Assembly (NCBI GenBank): GCA_963815115.1
Contig: CAWFFN010000007.1
Location: 608,001 to 672,000 of the forward strand
Reading direction: 5' to 3'
From: an uncultured delta proteobacterium
GTDB lineage: Bacteria > Desulfobacterota > Binatia > DP-6
DNA length: 64,000 nucleotides
Shown piece after piece: positions 30,398-39,929 of the stretch. Numbering within the stretch: position 1 is the stretch's first letter; each line of letters starts with the position of its first letter. A model generated the notes under the pieces. That model made no database searches. It worked only from the letters and a program-made list of their open reading frames with translations, and was not told where the DNA came from. Made by a program: the position numbers and the translations under genes.

Positions 30398-31624
30398 TCA
30401 CTCCGGCGTGAAGCGCACCGGCATGTGCTTGATGCCGTTCAGGAAGTTCGAGCGCAGGCGCTCGACCGGACCGGCCAGCTCGATGTCGGGCAGCCGGCGC
30501 AGCAGCTCCTCGAACATGATGCGGATCTCGAGGCGCGCCAGATGCGCGCCGAGGCAGAAGTGCGGCCCGATGCCGAAGCCGAGGTGATCGTTCGGGGTCC
30601 GGGCCACGTCGAAGCGGTGCGCGTCGGTGAAGACCTCCTCGTCGCGGTTCGCCGAGGCATACCAGATGGTCACCCGGTCGCCCTCGCGGATCGCCTGGCC
30701 GCCGATCTCGCAGTCGCCCTGCGCGGTGCGCCGGAAGACCATGACGGGGGACACCCAGCGCAGCATCTCCTCCACCATCGTCGGCAGGAGCGTGCGATCG
30801 GCGAGCAGCCGTGCCCGCTGCTCCGGGTGCTCGATCAACGCCAGCATGCCGCCGGCGATGAGATTGCGCGTGGTCTCGTTGCCGGCCACCGAGAGCAGCA
30901 GCACGAACGACTGGTACTGCGATTCCGTCAGGCGCTCGCCGTCCACCTCGGCCTGCAGGAGCACGCTGGTGAGGTCCTCGCGCGGGCAGCGCCGCCGCTC
31001 CTCGCCGAGCGCGTTGGCGTAGGCGAAGAGCTGCATCATCGCCACCTCCCCCTCCACCTTGCTGGTGGCGTACTCGGGATCGTCGATGCCCACCATCGTG
31101 TTGCTCCACTCGAAGAAGCGATGGCGGTCCTCGTTCGGGACGCCCAGCATCTCGACGATCACCTGCAACGGCAGCTCGGCGGCGACCTCCGTGACGAAGT
31201 CGCACGTCCCCCGCTCTGCCACGGCGTCCACGATCCGGCGCGCCCGCTCCCGCACCTGCTGCTCGGTACGGTTCAGTATCTTGGGCGAGAACCCGAGGTT
31301 CACGAGACGCCGGTACTTCGTATGGCGCGGGGGATCCATGTTGAGCATGAGCTCCCGCTGCGGGATGAGCTGCTCCTCCGGGTAGGGCGGCAGGAGGGCG
31401 CTTCCCCGTGCCGACGAGAACGTCTTCTGGTCGAGCGACACCCGCCACACGTCGGCATGGCGGGTCACCGCCCAGAAGCCGCCGCCATGGACCGCATCCG
31501 GGTGCCAGTACACCGGCGCCTCCGCCCGCAGGCGGCGAAACGTCTCGTGCGGGACGCCGGCGACGAAGCTGTCGGGATTGGAGAGGTCCGCTCCGAAGGT
31601 GGGCGACGACGCGACGGCCTGCAT
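30398..31624 (-). CDS. Cytochrome P450 (CYP124/125/142-like lipid/steroid omega-hydroxylase group)
   Basis: MDPPRH, AGNETT (I-helix), EEMLR (ExxR), SANRD and FGIGPHFCLG (heme Cys). Confidence 0.95.
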   Translation of the reverse strand: MQAVASSPTFGADLSNPDSFVAGVPHETFRRLRAEAPVYWHPDAVHGGGFWAVTRHADVWRVSLDQKTFSSARGSALLPPYPEEQLIPQRELMLNMDPPRHTKYRRLVNLGFSPKILNRTEQQVRERARRIVDAVAERGTCDFVTEVAAELPLQVIVEMLGVPNEDRHRFFEWSNTMVGIDDPEYATSKVEGEVAMMQLFAYANALGEERRRCPREDLTSVLLQAEVDGERLTESQYQSFVLLLSVAGNETTRNLIAGGMLALIEHPEQRARLLADRTLLPTMVEEMLRWVSPVMVFRRTAQGDCEIGGQAIREGDRVTIWYASANRDEEVFTDAHRFDVARTPNDHLGFGIGPHFCLGAHLARLEIRIMFEELLRRLPDIELAGPVERLRSNFLNGIKHMPVRFTPE

Positions 31625-31632
31625 GGGGTCCG

Positions 31633-31662
31633 TCGCTAGCCAAACGAGCGTTTGTTTGTCAA
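31633..31662 (-). promoter_or_regulatory. P450 promoter with palindromic TetR/PsrA-like operator
   Basis: Minus strand TTGACA-18 nt-TAGCGA. The palindrome CAAACG-AG-CGTTTG (31641-31654) lies between the -35 and -10. Confidence 0.6.
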
Positions 31663-31698
31663 GCACGAGGTGCCTGAATCCGCGCGCTGGGCTATCAT

Positions 31699-32277
31699 GT
31701 GGTCGTGGGTGGTCGGGTGTGGGGTGGTGGGAGGTGGACGTGCGTCGTCCTGTGCGCCGGTCTGATCGCCGGGTGCGCCCTGCTACGCGGCCATCGTCCT
31801 GGCACGGGCGGCTCGCTGCGCGATCGCCGGCTCATGGTGCCGGTCGCCGGGGTCGCGCCGGCGGACGTGCACGACAGCTTCAATGCGCCGCGGGACGGCG
31901 GAGCGCGCCGGCATCACGCGATCGACATCTTCGCGCCCGTCGGCACCCCCGTGCTCTCGGCCGACGACGGCGTCGTGCTGGCGGTCAAGCGCAACCGGCT
32001 CGGCGGTCTGGTCATCTACGCCACCGATCCCGGCCGTCGCTTCGTCTACTACTACGCCCATCTCAGCCGCTATCGGCCCGATCTCGCGCGCGGGCAACGG
32101 GTCGGACGCGGCGAGGTCATCGGGTACGTCGGCACCACCGGGAACGCCGACCCACGCTCTCCGCACCTGCACTTCCAGGTGATGCTGCATCCCGGCGGCG
32201 ACCGCTACTGGGACGGGATGCCGATCGATCCCCTGCCCTACTTCGCCAGCGCAGGCCGGCACTCGGCACGGCCCTGA
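31699..32277 (+). CDS. M23 family metallopeptidase, probable lipoprotein
   Basis: HHAID (HxxxD), YAHL, GYVGTTGNA and PHLHF (HxH). LIAGC lipobox. Confidence 0.88.
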   Translation: MVVGGRVWGGGRWTCVVLCAGLIAGCALLRGHRPGTGGSLRDRRLMVPVAGVAPADVHDSFNAPRDGGARRHHAIDIFAPVGTPVLSADDGVVLAVKRNRLGGLVIYATDPGRRFVYYYAHLSRYRPDLARGQRVGRGEVIGYVGTTGNADPRSPHLHFQVMLHPGGDRYWDGMPIDPLPYFASAGRHSARP

Positions 32278-32289
32278 AGCCGCCGGCGC

Positions 32290-33087
32290 TCACGCCATGA
32301 ACAGGCCGCCGTTCACGTCGAGCGCGACGCCGTTGATGTACGAGGCGTCGTCGGAGGCCAGGAACGCGATCGCGGCCGCCTGCTCCGCCGCCGTCGAGAT
32401 GCGCTTGATCGGCATGAAGTACTGGTAGGCGGCGAGCCGCTCCCGCCGCGCCGCCTCCTCGGCGCTCGAGCGCGCCGCCGACACCCCGCCCGCCCGCAGC
32501 ATGGGCGTGTCGACGGCGCCCGGGCAGATGGCGTTCACGCGGATTCCGCGCGGGCCGTAGTCGAAGGCGAGATGCCGGGTCAGGCCGAGGAGCCCGGCCT
32601 TGCTGGTCGAGTACGCGAGCCCGCCGAGGGCGCTCTTCGAGCGCCCGGCGAGCGAGGAGACGTTGACGATCGCGCCGTGGCCGCGCGCCGCCATCGACGG
32701 GATCACCGCCCGGCAGAGGAAGAACGGCCCGCTCAGGTTGACGGCCAGCACGGCGTGCCAGCGTCCGTCGTCGAGCGCCGCGATCGTCTCGAGGCCGGCC
32801 GTGTCGCCGATGCCGGCGACGTTGGCGAGCACGTCCACCGGACCGAGCTCGCCCTCGACCGCATCCGCCAGCGCCGCGACCTCGGCGCTCGACGCGACGT
32901 TCGTCGTGTAGGCCACCGCGCGGCCACCCGCGGCCTTGATCTGGGCCGCGGTCTCGCGCGCGCCCTCCTCGCGCCGGTCGACGACCGCCACGGCGGCGCC
33001 CTCCTGCGCCAGCCGCTCGGCCGTCGCCTTGCCGATGCCGCTCGCCGCGCCGGTGACGAGCGCGACCCGTCCGGTGAACCTCGTCAT
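32290..33087 (-). CDS. SDR oxidoreductase (FabG-like)
   Basis: TGAASGIG, NVAGI, YSTSK and NAICPGAVDT. Confidence 0.92.
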   Translation of the reverse strand: MTRFTGRVALVTGAASGIGKATAERLAQEGAAVAVVDRREEGARETAAQIKAAGGRAVAYTTNVASSAEVAALADAVEGELGPVDVLANVAGIGDTAGLETIAALDDGRWHAVLAVNLSGPFFLCRAVIPSMAARGHGAIVNVSSLAGRSKSALGGLAYSTSKAGLLGLTRHLAFDYGPRGIRVNAICPGAVDTPMLRAGGVSAARSSAEEAARRERLAAYQYFMPIKRISTAAEQAAAIAFLASDDASYINGVALDVNGGLFMA

Positions 33088-33123
33088 GACACCATCATGG
33101 CACGGCGCGGCCAATCGAGTCGC

Positions 33124-36100
33124 TCAGGTGCCGGCCGCCACCCCCAGGTCGCGCTGGAGGTCGGCGTCCGACAGGGAGCGCAGGGCGGCGGCGAGCAGCG
33201 AGCGGCGCCGGGCGTCGTGGCGCTCCGCGTCCACGCGCCGGCCCGAGCGCGTGGCCGCCTCGGCGAGCAGGCCGAGGGCAGCCCGGCTGGCGCGCGTGCA
33301 GCCGATGGCATCCGCGATCCGCAGGGCATCGGCCAGCGCGGGCTCGGCCTCGTCGCGGCGATCCATGGACAGGAGGGCCTCGCCGGCGAGCACCAGCGCG
33401 CGCGCTTCCAACCTCGGCGCGCGGTGCCGTCGGGTTCCGTCGACCTCCAGCCGGGCGAGTTCCAGGGCACGCTCCGGCGCTCCCCTGCGCAGCGCGACCA
33501 GTCCCTCCGCGTGGGTCGCGTGCAGGGAGTAGCGCCAGCGCATCCAGGGGTTGCCCGGTCGGGCGAGCGACTGCGTGATCGGCTCGAGATACCCGAGCGC
33601 ACCCTCGACGTCGCCCAGGGCGAGGTGGTTCGTCGCCAGGTTGATCTCGGAGTTGCTCACGATCTCCGGATCGCCGATCTCGTGGGCCAGCGCCGCGGCC
33701 CGGGCATTGGCATCGCGCGCGCGCGCATGGCTGCCGATCTCGGCCAGACACCAGCCCAGCGTATTCAGGAGACGGCTCTTCCACACCCGGTCGCCGATCC
33801 GCTCGCACACCTCGGCCGCCTCGGTGAGATGTGCGATGGCGCGGCCGTAGTCACCCAGGCAGCAGAATGCCTTGCCGAGAAACCATCCCGGCCAGACCAC
33901 CAGATGCGCCAGGCGCAGCCGGCGGCCAGCGGCGATGACCTCCTCGCTGATGGCGATCGAGCGCCGGTAGTCGCCCGTCCACTCCGCGACCTGCGCCATG
34001 TCGAAGCGGATCAGCCCGATGAGCGCCTCGTCGCCCGTCGCCTCGGCCAGGCGGACCGCGCGGTGCAGCGCCTCCTCCTCGGCGTCGACCTCGCCGCCGC
34101 AGACGGCGCGGAAGAAGCCCCGGTTGGCGGTGGCGAGCGCCTCGGCCCCCACGAGCCGGTGGCGGTGGGCGAGCCGCATGGCGAGATCGACGGAGGCGTC
34201 GGCGCGCTCGTACGCATTCCCCCAGAAGTAGCTGAGGCCCGCCATCGCCAGATTGACGCCGCGCGCGCCCAGATCGGCGCTGCGCTCGGCGGCGCGCGAG
34301 AACGCCTCGCCCGACGCCACGAACTCGTTCACGTAGAAGGAGGCGAGCGCGAGCTGCTCCTCGAGGCGGCGGCGCCGCTCGTCGGGCACCATCGCACCGA
34401 GCCGGTCCGCGACGGAGAGCGCCTGGCGGCAGTGTGCCACCACGGCCCGGTTGGCGAAGCTCTCGGCGGCCTTGTCGGCGGCCCGCTCGTGGTAGTGGAG
34501 CGCGCGCTCCCAGGCCTCGGCGCGACCGAAATGGTAGGCCAGCGTCTCGTAGAACTCGGCCAGGCGGTCGGCATAGAGCTCCTCGATGGCGTGACCGATG
34601 GTGTCGTGCAGGGCGCGGCGGCGGTCGTGCAGCACGCTCTCGTAGGCCACGTCGTGGGTGAGCGCATGCTTGAACATGTAGGCCAGCTCGGGATGCGTCG
34701 CCTTCTCGTAGATGAGCTCGAGCGCGCGCAGCTCGTCCACGTGCGTCCGCACGCGCGAGCCGGTCTCGGTGATGCGCTCGAGCAAGCGGAGCGCGAACTC
34801 GCGCCCGATCACGGATGCCACCTGGATGGCCCGCCTGGCGTCGTCTGCCAGCCGATCCAGGCGGGCGACGAGCACGTCCTGGATGCTGTCCGGCACGGTG
34901 ATGTCGCCGAGGTCGCGCGCCAGCACCACGTGCCCGTTCTCGCGCCGGAGCGTGCCGTCCTCGAGCAGCGAGCGGGTCACCTCCTCGACGAAGAACGGGT
35001 TGCCCTCCGCCTTGCCGGCGATGAGCGAGCGGACGGCCGCCGGGACCTCCGCCGTCCCGAGCAGCGCACCGGTGATGTCGGCCATCTCGCCCGACGACAG
35101 CGGCCGCAGGGTGACCCGGGCGTGGTAGCTGCGATCGCCGAAGGGATGCCGGTAGCCGGGACGGTGCGAGCATACGAGCAACGCCCGCGTGGTCGGTACC
35201 ACGTCGGCGATGAAGGCGAGGTACTCCTCGGACGCCGGATCGATCCAGTGCAGGTCCTCGATCACGACGACGAGCGGGGCGCGCTCCGCGACCCGCAGGG
35301 TGATCGCCTTCAAGGCGCGGAAGAGCTCGCTCCGCCGGCTCGCCGAGTCGAGCGCCGCCACCGCGGCATCTCGTGGCGCGAGGCCGAGCACCTGGCGCAC
35401 GAACGGCACCGTCCATCCCAGATCGCCGCCGAGCTGCGCGATGGCGGCATCGACCTTCGCACCCGCGCTCGCCTCGTCGTCCTGATCGTCGATGCCCCAC
35501 GTCCGCCGCAGGCCGTCGACGATCGGCAGGAAGGCCGTCGTGGAACCGTACGAGGCGCACCGTCCCTCGACCCAGCGGTGCGCCGTGTCACCCAGTCGCT
35601 GGCGAAATTCCGCCAGGAGCCGGGACTTGCCGAGGCCGGCTTCGCCGACGATGAAGACGACCTGCCCGCTGCCCGCAGCGGCGCTCTCGAAGCTCTCGTG
35701 AAGCAGCGCGAGCTCGCGCTCGCGTCCGACGAACGGGCTCTGCCCGGGAACGTCGATGGAAGCTCCCCCCGGCACCGGCCGGCGCCCGATGGCGGCATGT
35801 GCCCGCAGCGTGTCGGATTCCCCGATCCGCAGGTCGCGTGCTCGCAGCTCGCACCACGACTCGATGCGCCGCGCGGCCGGTGCCGACACCAGGATCTCGC
35901 CGCTCCCGGCATGGCCGAGCAGCCGCTCGGCCAGCGCCAGGGTGTCCCCGACCGCCAGCAGCCGCGGCGGAGCGTCGCGCGCCGAGGTATCGACGTGGAC
36001 CGCCCCGACGTGGACCGCCATACGCAGCTCCGGAGACGGGTCGCGCTCCTCGTGCGGATGGCTGGCGGCAAGCTGCTGGATCGCGAGCGCGGCCAGCACC

Positions 36101-37344
36101 GCCCGTTGCGGCAGCTGCTCGAGCGCGCGCGGGATGCCGAAGACCGCCGTCAGGCGTGACGGCGCACGCGTGAGGACGGTTCCCTCGAATCCCGCCACGT
36201 GCTCCTCGATCCGCGTCTCCCAGCGGCGCGCGAGGGTCCACGGCTCGTAGGCGTGCTCGGGCAGCACGAGATCGACCGCCAGGAGGGCGACCGGCTTCTG
36301 CTCCCAGGTCGGCTCGGACTCGACCAGGGGCGGCGATGCCGCAGGTGAGCTCGCGGGAGGTGGCGGGTCGGAGGCCTCCGGGTCGGGCCGCTCGATGCCG
36401 TGACGGCGCATGCGGTGCCGGAGCGCGTTTCGTCCGATGCCGAGCAGTCGCGCCGCCCGCACGACGTTGCCGCCCGAGCGCGCGAGCGCCTCGCGAATGC
36501 GTGTGGCCTCGTCGTTCGCCACCACCGGCGGCTCCGGGCTCGACGGCGGCACCAGCGGCACGCGGAGCCGTTCGATCACCTCGCGCCCGACGTCGGCCGC
36601 CGGCACCAGCAGGGTCACGCGCTCCATCAGATGACTCAGCTCGCGCACGTTACCCGGCCAGTCGTACGCCAGCAGCCATCGCCGGGCCGCGTCGTCGAGC
36701 CGTTTGGGAGCGAGGCCGTGCGCGCGGGCGTGGACGGCGAGGAAGTGCTCGGCGAGCCCGAGCACGTCGCCGCCCCGCTGTCGCAGCGCGGGAAGGTCCA
36801 GAATGACGACCGCGAGGCGGTGATAGAGATCCGCCCGGAAGGCTCCGGCGGCGACCAGCGTCCGCAGCTCCTTCTGGGTCGCGGCGATCAGCTTCGCATC
36901 GACGTGCCGGCTGGTCACGCCACCGAGGCGACGCACGCTCTTCTCCTCGATCGCCTTCAGCAGCTTGCTCTGCAGCAGCACCGGCAGGGAGTCGATCTCG
37001 TCGAGAAACAGGGTCCCGCCCGCGGCCGTCTCGAAGAGACCGGGCTTGGCGCGCTTCGCATCGGTGAATGCGCCGGCCTCGAAGCCGAACAGCTCTGCCT
37101 CCAGCATGGTGTCCGGGATGGCCGCGCAATTGACGTCGACGAACGGTCCGGCTGCCCGCCCGCCGCTCAGATGGATCACCCGGGCGACGAGGCCCTTGCC
37201 GGTGCCCGTCTCGCCCTGGAGCAGCACGGTCGGGACGTTGGGATTGCCGGGCGTGTCGAACGCCGACAGGACGCGGATCTGCTCGCGCAGCTCCGCGACC
37301 GCTGGCGCATCGCCGATCAGCGCGTCCATCGACTGGTCCGCCAT
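33124..37344 (-). CDS. Sigma54 enhancer-binding AAA+ / Fis-HTH / degenerate class III cyclase / STAND ATPase / TPR fusion protein
   Basis: GETGTGKG, GAFTDA, LFLDEID, FRADLYHRL, WPGNVREL, HTH (GGNVVRAARLLGIGR), cyclase-like AVFG..P/LRMAVH.G/GDT, FVGREREL..GEAGLGKS, IEDLHWID, GNPFF and C-terminal helical repeats. Alternative starts at 37353 or further upstream. Confidence 0.88.
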   Translation of the reverse strand: MADQSMDALIGDAPAVAELREQIRVLSAFDTPGNPNVPTVLLQGETGTGKGLVARVIHLSGGRAAGPFVDVNCAAIPDTMLEAELFGFEAGAFTDAKRAKPGLFETAAGGTLFLDEIDSLPVLLQSKLLKAIEEKSVRRLGGVTSRHVDAKLIAATQKELRTLVAAGAFRADLYHRLAVVILDLPALRQRGGDVLGLAEHFLAVHARAHGLAPKRLDDAARRWLLAYDWPGNVRELSHLMERVTLLVPAADVGREVIERLRVPLVPPSSPEPPVVANDEATRIREALARSGGNVVRAARLLGIGRNALRHRMRRHGIERPDPEASDPPPPASSPAASPPLVESEPTWEQKPVALLAVDLVLPEHAYEPWTLARRWETRIEEHVAGFEGTVLTRAPSRLTAVFGIPRALEQLPQRAVLAALAIQQLAASHPHEERDPSPELRMAVHVGAVHVDTSARDAPPRLLAVGDTLALAERLLGHAGSGEILVSAPAARRIESWCELRARDLRIGESDTLRAHAAIGRRPVPGGASIDVPGQSPFVGRERELALLHESFESAAAGSGQVVFIVGEAGLGKSRLLAEFRQRLGDTAHRWVEGRCASYGSTTAFLPIVDGLRRTWGIDDQDDEASAGAKVDAAIAQLGGDLGWTVPFVRQVLGLAPRDAAVAALDSASRRSELFRALKAITLRVAERAPLVVVIEDLHWIDPASEEYLAFIADVVPTTRALLVCSHRPGYRHPFGDRSYHARVTLRPLSSGEMADITGALLGTAEVPAAVRSLIAGKAEGNPFFVEEVTRSLLEDGTLRRENGHVVLARDLGDITVPDSIQDVLVARLDRLADDARRAIQVASVIGREFALRLLERITETGSRVRTHVDELRALELIYEKATHPELAYMFKHALTHDVAYESVLHDRRRALHDTIGHAIEELYADRLAEFYETLAYHFGRAEAWERALHYHERAADKAAESFANRAVVAHCRQALSVADRLGAMVPDERRRRLEEQLALASFYVNEFVASGEAFSRAAERSADLGARGVNLAMAGLSYFWGNAYERADASVDLAMRLAHRHRLVGAEALATANRGFFRAVCGGEVDAEEEALHRAVRLAEATGDEALIGLIRFDMAQVAEWTGDYRRSIAISEEVIAAGRRLRLAHLVVWPGWFLGKAFCCLGDYGRAIAHLTEAAEVCERIGDRVWKSRLLNTLGWCLAEIGSHARARDANARAAALAHEIGDPEIVSNSEINLATNHLALGDVEGALGYLEPITQSLARPGNPWMRWRYSLHATHAEGLVALRRGAPERALELARLEVDGTRRHRAPRLEARALVLAGEALLSMDRRDEAEPALADALRIADAIGCTRASRAALGLLAEAATRSGRRVDAERHDARRRSLLAAALRSLSDADLQRDLGVAAGT

Positions 37345-37445
37345 CGTGGCCATGTGTGGCCCGAGGGGCCAAAGCTGGCCCATCGGGGCCTCATTCCGGC
37401 GACTGAATAGGCCGATTCTCGCCCGAGTACAAGAAATTCGGCGTC

Positions 37446-37460
37446 TGGCATCGTCCTTGC
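37446..37460 (+). promoter_or_regulatory. Sigma54 (-24/-12) promoter
   Basis: TGGCATCGTCCTTGC = TGGCA-N6-TTGC with exact GG-N10-GC spacing, about 50 nt upstream of the methyltransferase ATG and divergent from a sigma54 activator. Confidence 0.8.
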
Positions 37461-37511
37461 CAATAGCGGGCCAGGACGGCACGAGCCGCTCTCGAGGGAG
37501 GATCGACGACG

Positions 37512-38570
37512 ATGGCAGTGAGCGAGCAAGAGGTCACGGAATTCATCCACAAGGCGATCGGTGATCTGGGGGGAGCCCTCACGGCATCCCTGGTGGTCAT
37601 CGGTGACAAGCTGGGACTCTACAAGGCGCTGGCCGGCGCCGGCGGCCTCACGCCGGCCGAGCTGGCCGCCCGCACCAAGACGTCCGAGCGGTACGTGCGC
37701 GAGTGGTGCTCTGCGCAGGCAGCCGCCGGCTATCTGACCTATGACCCCTCCGGTGGTCGCTTCACCCTCCCCGACGCGCACGCCGCGGCGCTGGCGGACG
37801 AGGACAGCCCGGCGTGCGTGCTGGGCGGCTTCCAGGGGATGACCGCCGCGACCCGGGTGACGCCGAGGATGGTCGAGGCGTTCCGCACGGGCAAGGGAAT
37901 CGGCTGGCACGAGCAGGATCCGGATCTGTTCGCGGGCACCGAGCGCTTCTTCCGGCCCGGCTACAGCGCCCACCTCGTGAACGGCTGGATCCCGGCGCTG
38001 GACGGCGTGGTGGCGAAGCTCGAGCGCGGTGCGCGCGTGGCCGACATCGGCTGCGGGCACGGCGCGTCCTCGGTGATCCTCGCCAAGGCATTCCCGAACT
38101 CGACGTTCGTCGGGTTCGACTACCATCCGCCGTCGGTCGAGGCAGCGCGGCAGCGCGCGCAGTCAGCGGGCGTCGCGGACCGCCTGCGCTTCGAGGTCGC
38201 GTCGGCCAAGAACTTCCCCGGCACGGGCTACGACCTCGTCGCGTTCTTCGACTGCCTGCACGACATGGGCGACCCGGTGGGGGCGGCACGCCACGTCCGT
38301 GGATCGCTCGCTGCGGACGGGACCTGGCTCCTGGTCGAGCCCTTCGCGCACGACAAGATCGAGGACAACCTGAATCCGCTCGGCCGCGTCTTCTACTCGG
38401 TCTCGACCCTGGTCTGCACGCCGGCCTCGCTGTCGCAGGAGGTCGGACTCGCCCTCGGCGCGCAGGCGGGCGAGGCGCGGCTCCAGGCGGTGCTTCGCGA
38501 GGCCGGCTTCACCCGCGTCCGGCGCGCCACCGAGACGCCCTTCAACCTGGTGATCGAGGCGCGCCCCTGA
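37512..38570 (+). CDS. Class I SAM-dependent methyltransferase with N-terminal winged helix (Rv2258c-like)
   Basis: IGDKLGLY, ERYVREW, VADIGCGHG, FDCLHDM and GAQAG. RBS GGAGG. Confidence 0.9.
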   Translation: MAVSEQEVTEFIHKAIGDLGGALTASLVVIGDKLGLYKALAGAGGLTPAELAARTKTSERYVREWCSAQAAAGYLTYDPSGGRFTLPDAHAAALADEDSPACVLGGFQGMTAATRVTPRMVEAFRTGKGIGWHEQDPDLFAGTERFFRPGYSAHLVNGWIPALDGVVAKLERGARVADIGCGHGASSVILAKAFPNSTFVGFDYHPPSVEAARQRAQSAGVADRLRFEVASAKNFPGTGYDLVAFFDCLHDMGDPVGAARHVRGSLAADGTWLLVEPFAHDKIEDNLNPLGRVFYSVSTLVCTPASLSQEVGLALGAQAGEARLQAVLREAGFTRVRRATETPFNLVIEARP

Positions 38571-38611
38571 GGCATCTGGCCACGGCACCGCCGGCCCGCT
38601 AGCTTCCGCGC

Positions 38612-39484
38612 GTGACCACGTTCGACGAGTGGCTCGCGGGAGGCGGCCGCCGGGCGGTGTCGGTGGCCTCGGGGACCTGGCAGATCTTCGCGCGGACCGA
38701 CGGAGCCGGCGAGTGGTGCACGCTGCTCCATGGCTTCCCGACGTCGTCCTTCGACTGGCACACGATCTGGGAAGACCTGCGCGCCCGACGTCGCCTGCTG
38801 ACGTTCGACTTCCTCGGCTTCGGCGACTCGGACAAACCCTCCGATCACACCTACGCGATCCACGAGCAGGCCGACATCACCGAGGCCATCTGGCGAGCCC
38901 ACGGCGTCCGGCGCACCGCGCTCGTGGTGCACGACTACGGAGTGTCGGTCGGCCAGGAGCTGCTCGCACGACTGGCGTCGGGCACGCTCGGGGTGGACGT
39001 CACCGTCGCGGTCTTCCTGAACGGCGGGCTCTATCCCGAGATGCACCGGCCTCAGCCGGCTCAGCTGATGCTGCTCGACCCGGAGCAGGGCCCGCGCATG
39101 GGCGAGCTGATCAACGAGGAGCGCTTCGGCCGCGGGCTCTCGCCCACCTTCTCTCCCGCTCATCAACCCTCGCAGGCCGAGCTGCACGAGCTGTGGCTGT
39201 CGGTCGCTCGCCGGGACGGCCATCGCATCGGACATCGTCTCATCCAGTACATCCCCGACCGCCGGCAGCACCGCGATCGCTGGGTCCACGCCCTCGAGAC
39301 CACCAGGGTGCCGCGCCACTTCGTCTGGGGAGACCTCGATCCGGTCTCCGGCGCTCACATGGCGGCGCGCATCGCGGAGGGCATTCCCGCCGCCGACCTG
39401 GTGCGACTCGCCGACGTCGGCCACTGGCCCCAGCTCGAGGCGCCGGAGGTGGTCCGGTCACGGCTCGAGGGGGTGCTCGTCTGA
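38612..39484 (+). CDS. Alpha/beta hydrolase (MEST/epoxide hydrolase-like)
   Basis: LHGFP, DFLGFGDSDKP, HDYG (Asp nucleophile), WGDLDP and GHWPQLE. Confidence 0.88.
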   Translation: MTTFDEWLAGGGRRAVSVASGTWQIFARTDGAGEWCTLLHGFPTSSFDWHTIWEDLRARRRLLTFDFLGFGDSDKPSDHTYAIHEQADITEAIWRAHGVRRTALVVHDYGVSVGQELLARLASGTLGVDVTVAVFLNGGLYPEMHRPQPAQLMLLDPEQGPRMGELINEERFGRGLSPTFSPAHQPSQAELHELWLSVARRDGHRIGHRLIQYIPDRRQHRDRWVHALETTRVPRHFVWGDLDPVSGAHMAARIAEGIPAADLVRLADVGHWPQLEAPEVVRSRLEGVLV

Positions 39485-39611
39485 TCCACCTCGGGTGATC
39501 GCCGCACTGGACGCCCGCGAGCGAGACTTCGGACGTCTCAGGGCGATCGCCGCCGCAGCGATGCATCCACGGTGCCCTCGATCACCGCCGGCGTGTCGAG
39601 CGACCCCGCGA

Positions 39612-39647
39612 TTGCGCGAAGACTCGAGGTGTGTAAGTATACACACC
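39612..39647 (+). promoter_or_regulatory. TA operator palindrome and probable promoter
   Basis: GGTGTGTA-AGTA-TACACACC is a perfect 8-bp inverted repeat (39628-39647) abutting the ATG. TTGCGC-17 nt-AAGTAT has an extended TG. Confidence 0.7.
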
Positions 39648-39929
39648 ATGCGGCGCGTTCAGCTCATGCTGTCCGAGCATCTCGATGCCGCGCTGTCGGC
39701 GGAGGCACGCCGCGGCGGCATGTCGCGCTCGGCTGCGGCGCGGCGGCTGCTCGAACGAGCGCTTCGCGAGCGCGACGAGGGGCAGACCGACGGAACGAGG
39801 CTCCTGAAGATCGCGGGGATCGTCGACTCGACGGGGGCGTCCGACACCCGCGACGTCGATGAGGTGGTGTATGGCGTGGCCAGACGGGCGGGTCTTCGTC
39901 GACAGCGGACCGCTCATCGCGCTCGCTGA
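39648..39929 (+). CDS. Ribbon-helix-helix (CopG-like) antitoxin
   Basis: MRRVQLML (beta strand), L..EARR.GMSRS...R..L (helices), and the GIV.S.....D.DEVVYG tail typical of VapB-type antitoxins. Confidence 0.8.
   Translation: MRRVQLMLSEHLDAALSAEARRGGMSRSAAARRLLERALRERDEGQTDGTRLLKIAGIVDSTGASDTRDVDEVVYGVARRAGLRRQRTAHRAR

Noticed and set aside
33124-37344. STAND protein as an Avs-type antiphage or CBASS-like cyclase system
   Set aside because: No nuclease, TIR, Sir2 or TM effector. The N-terminal module is a transcription activator and the cyclase is degenerate class III, not a CD-NTase.
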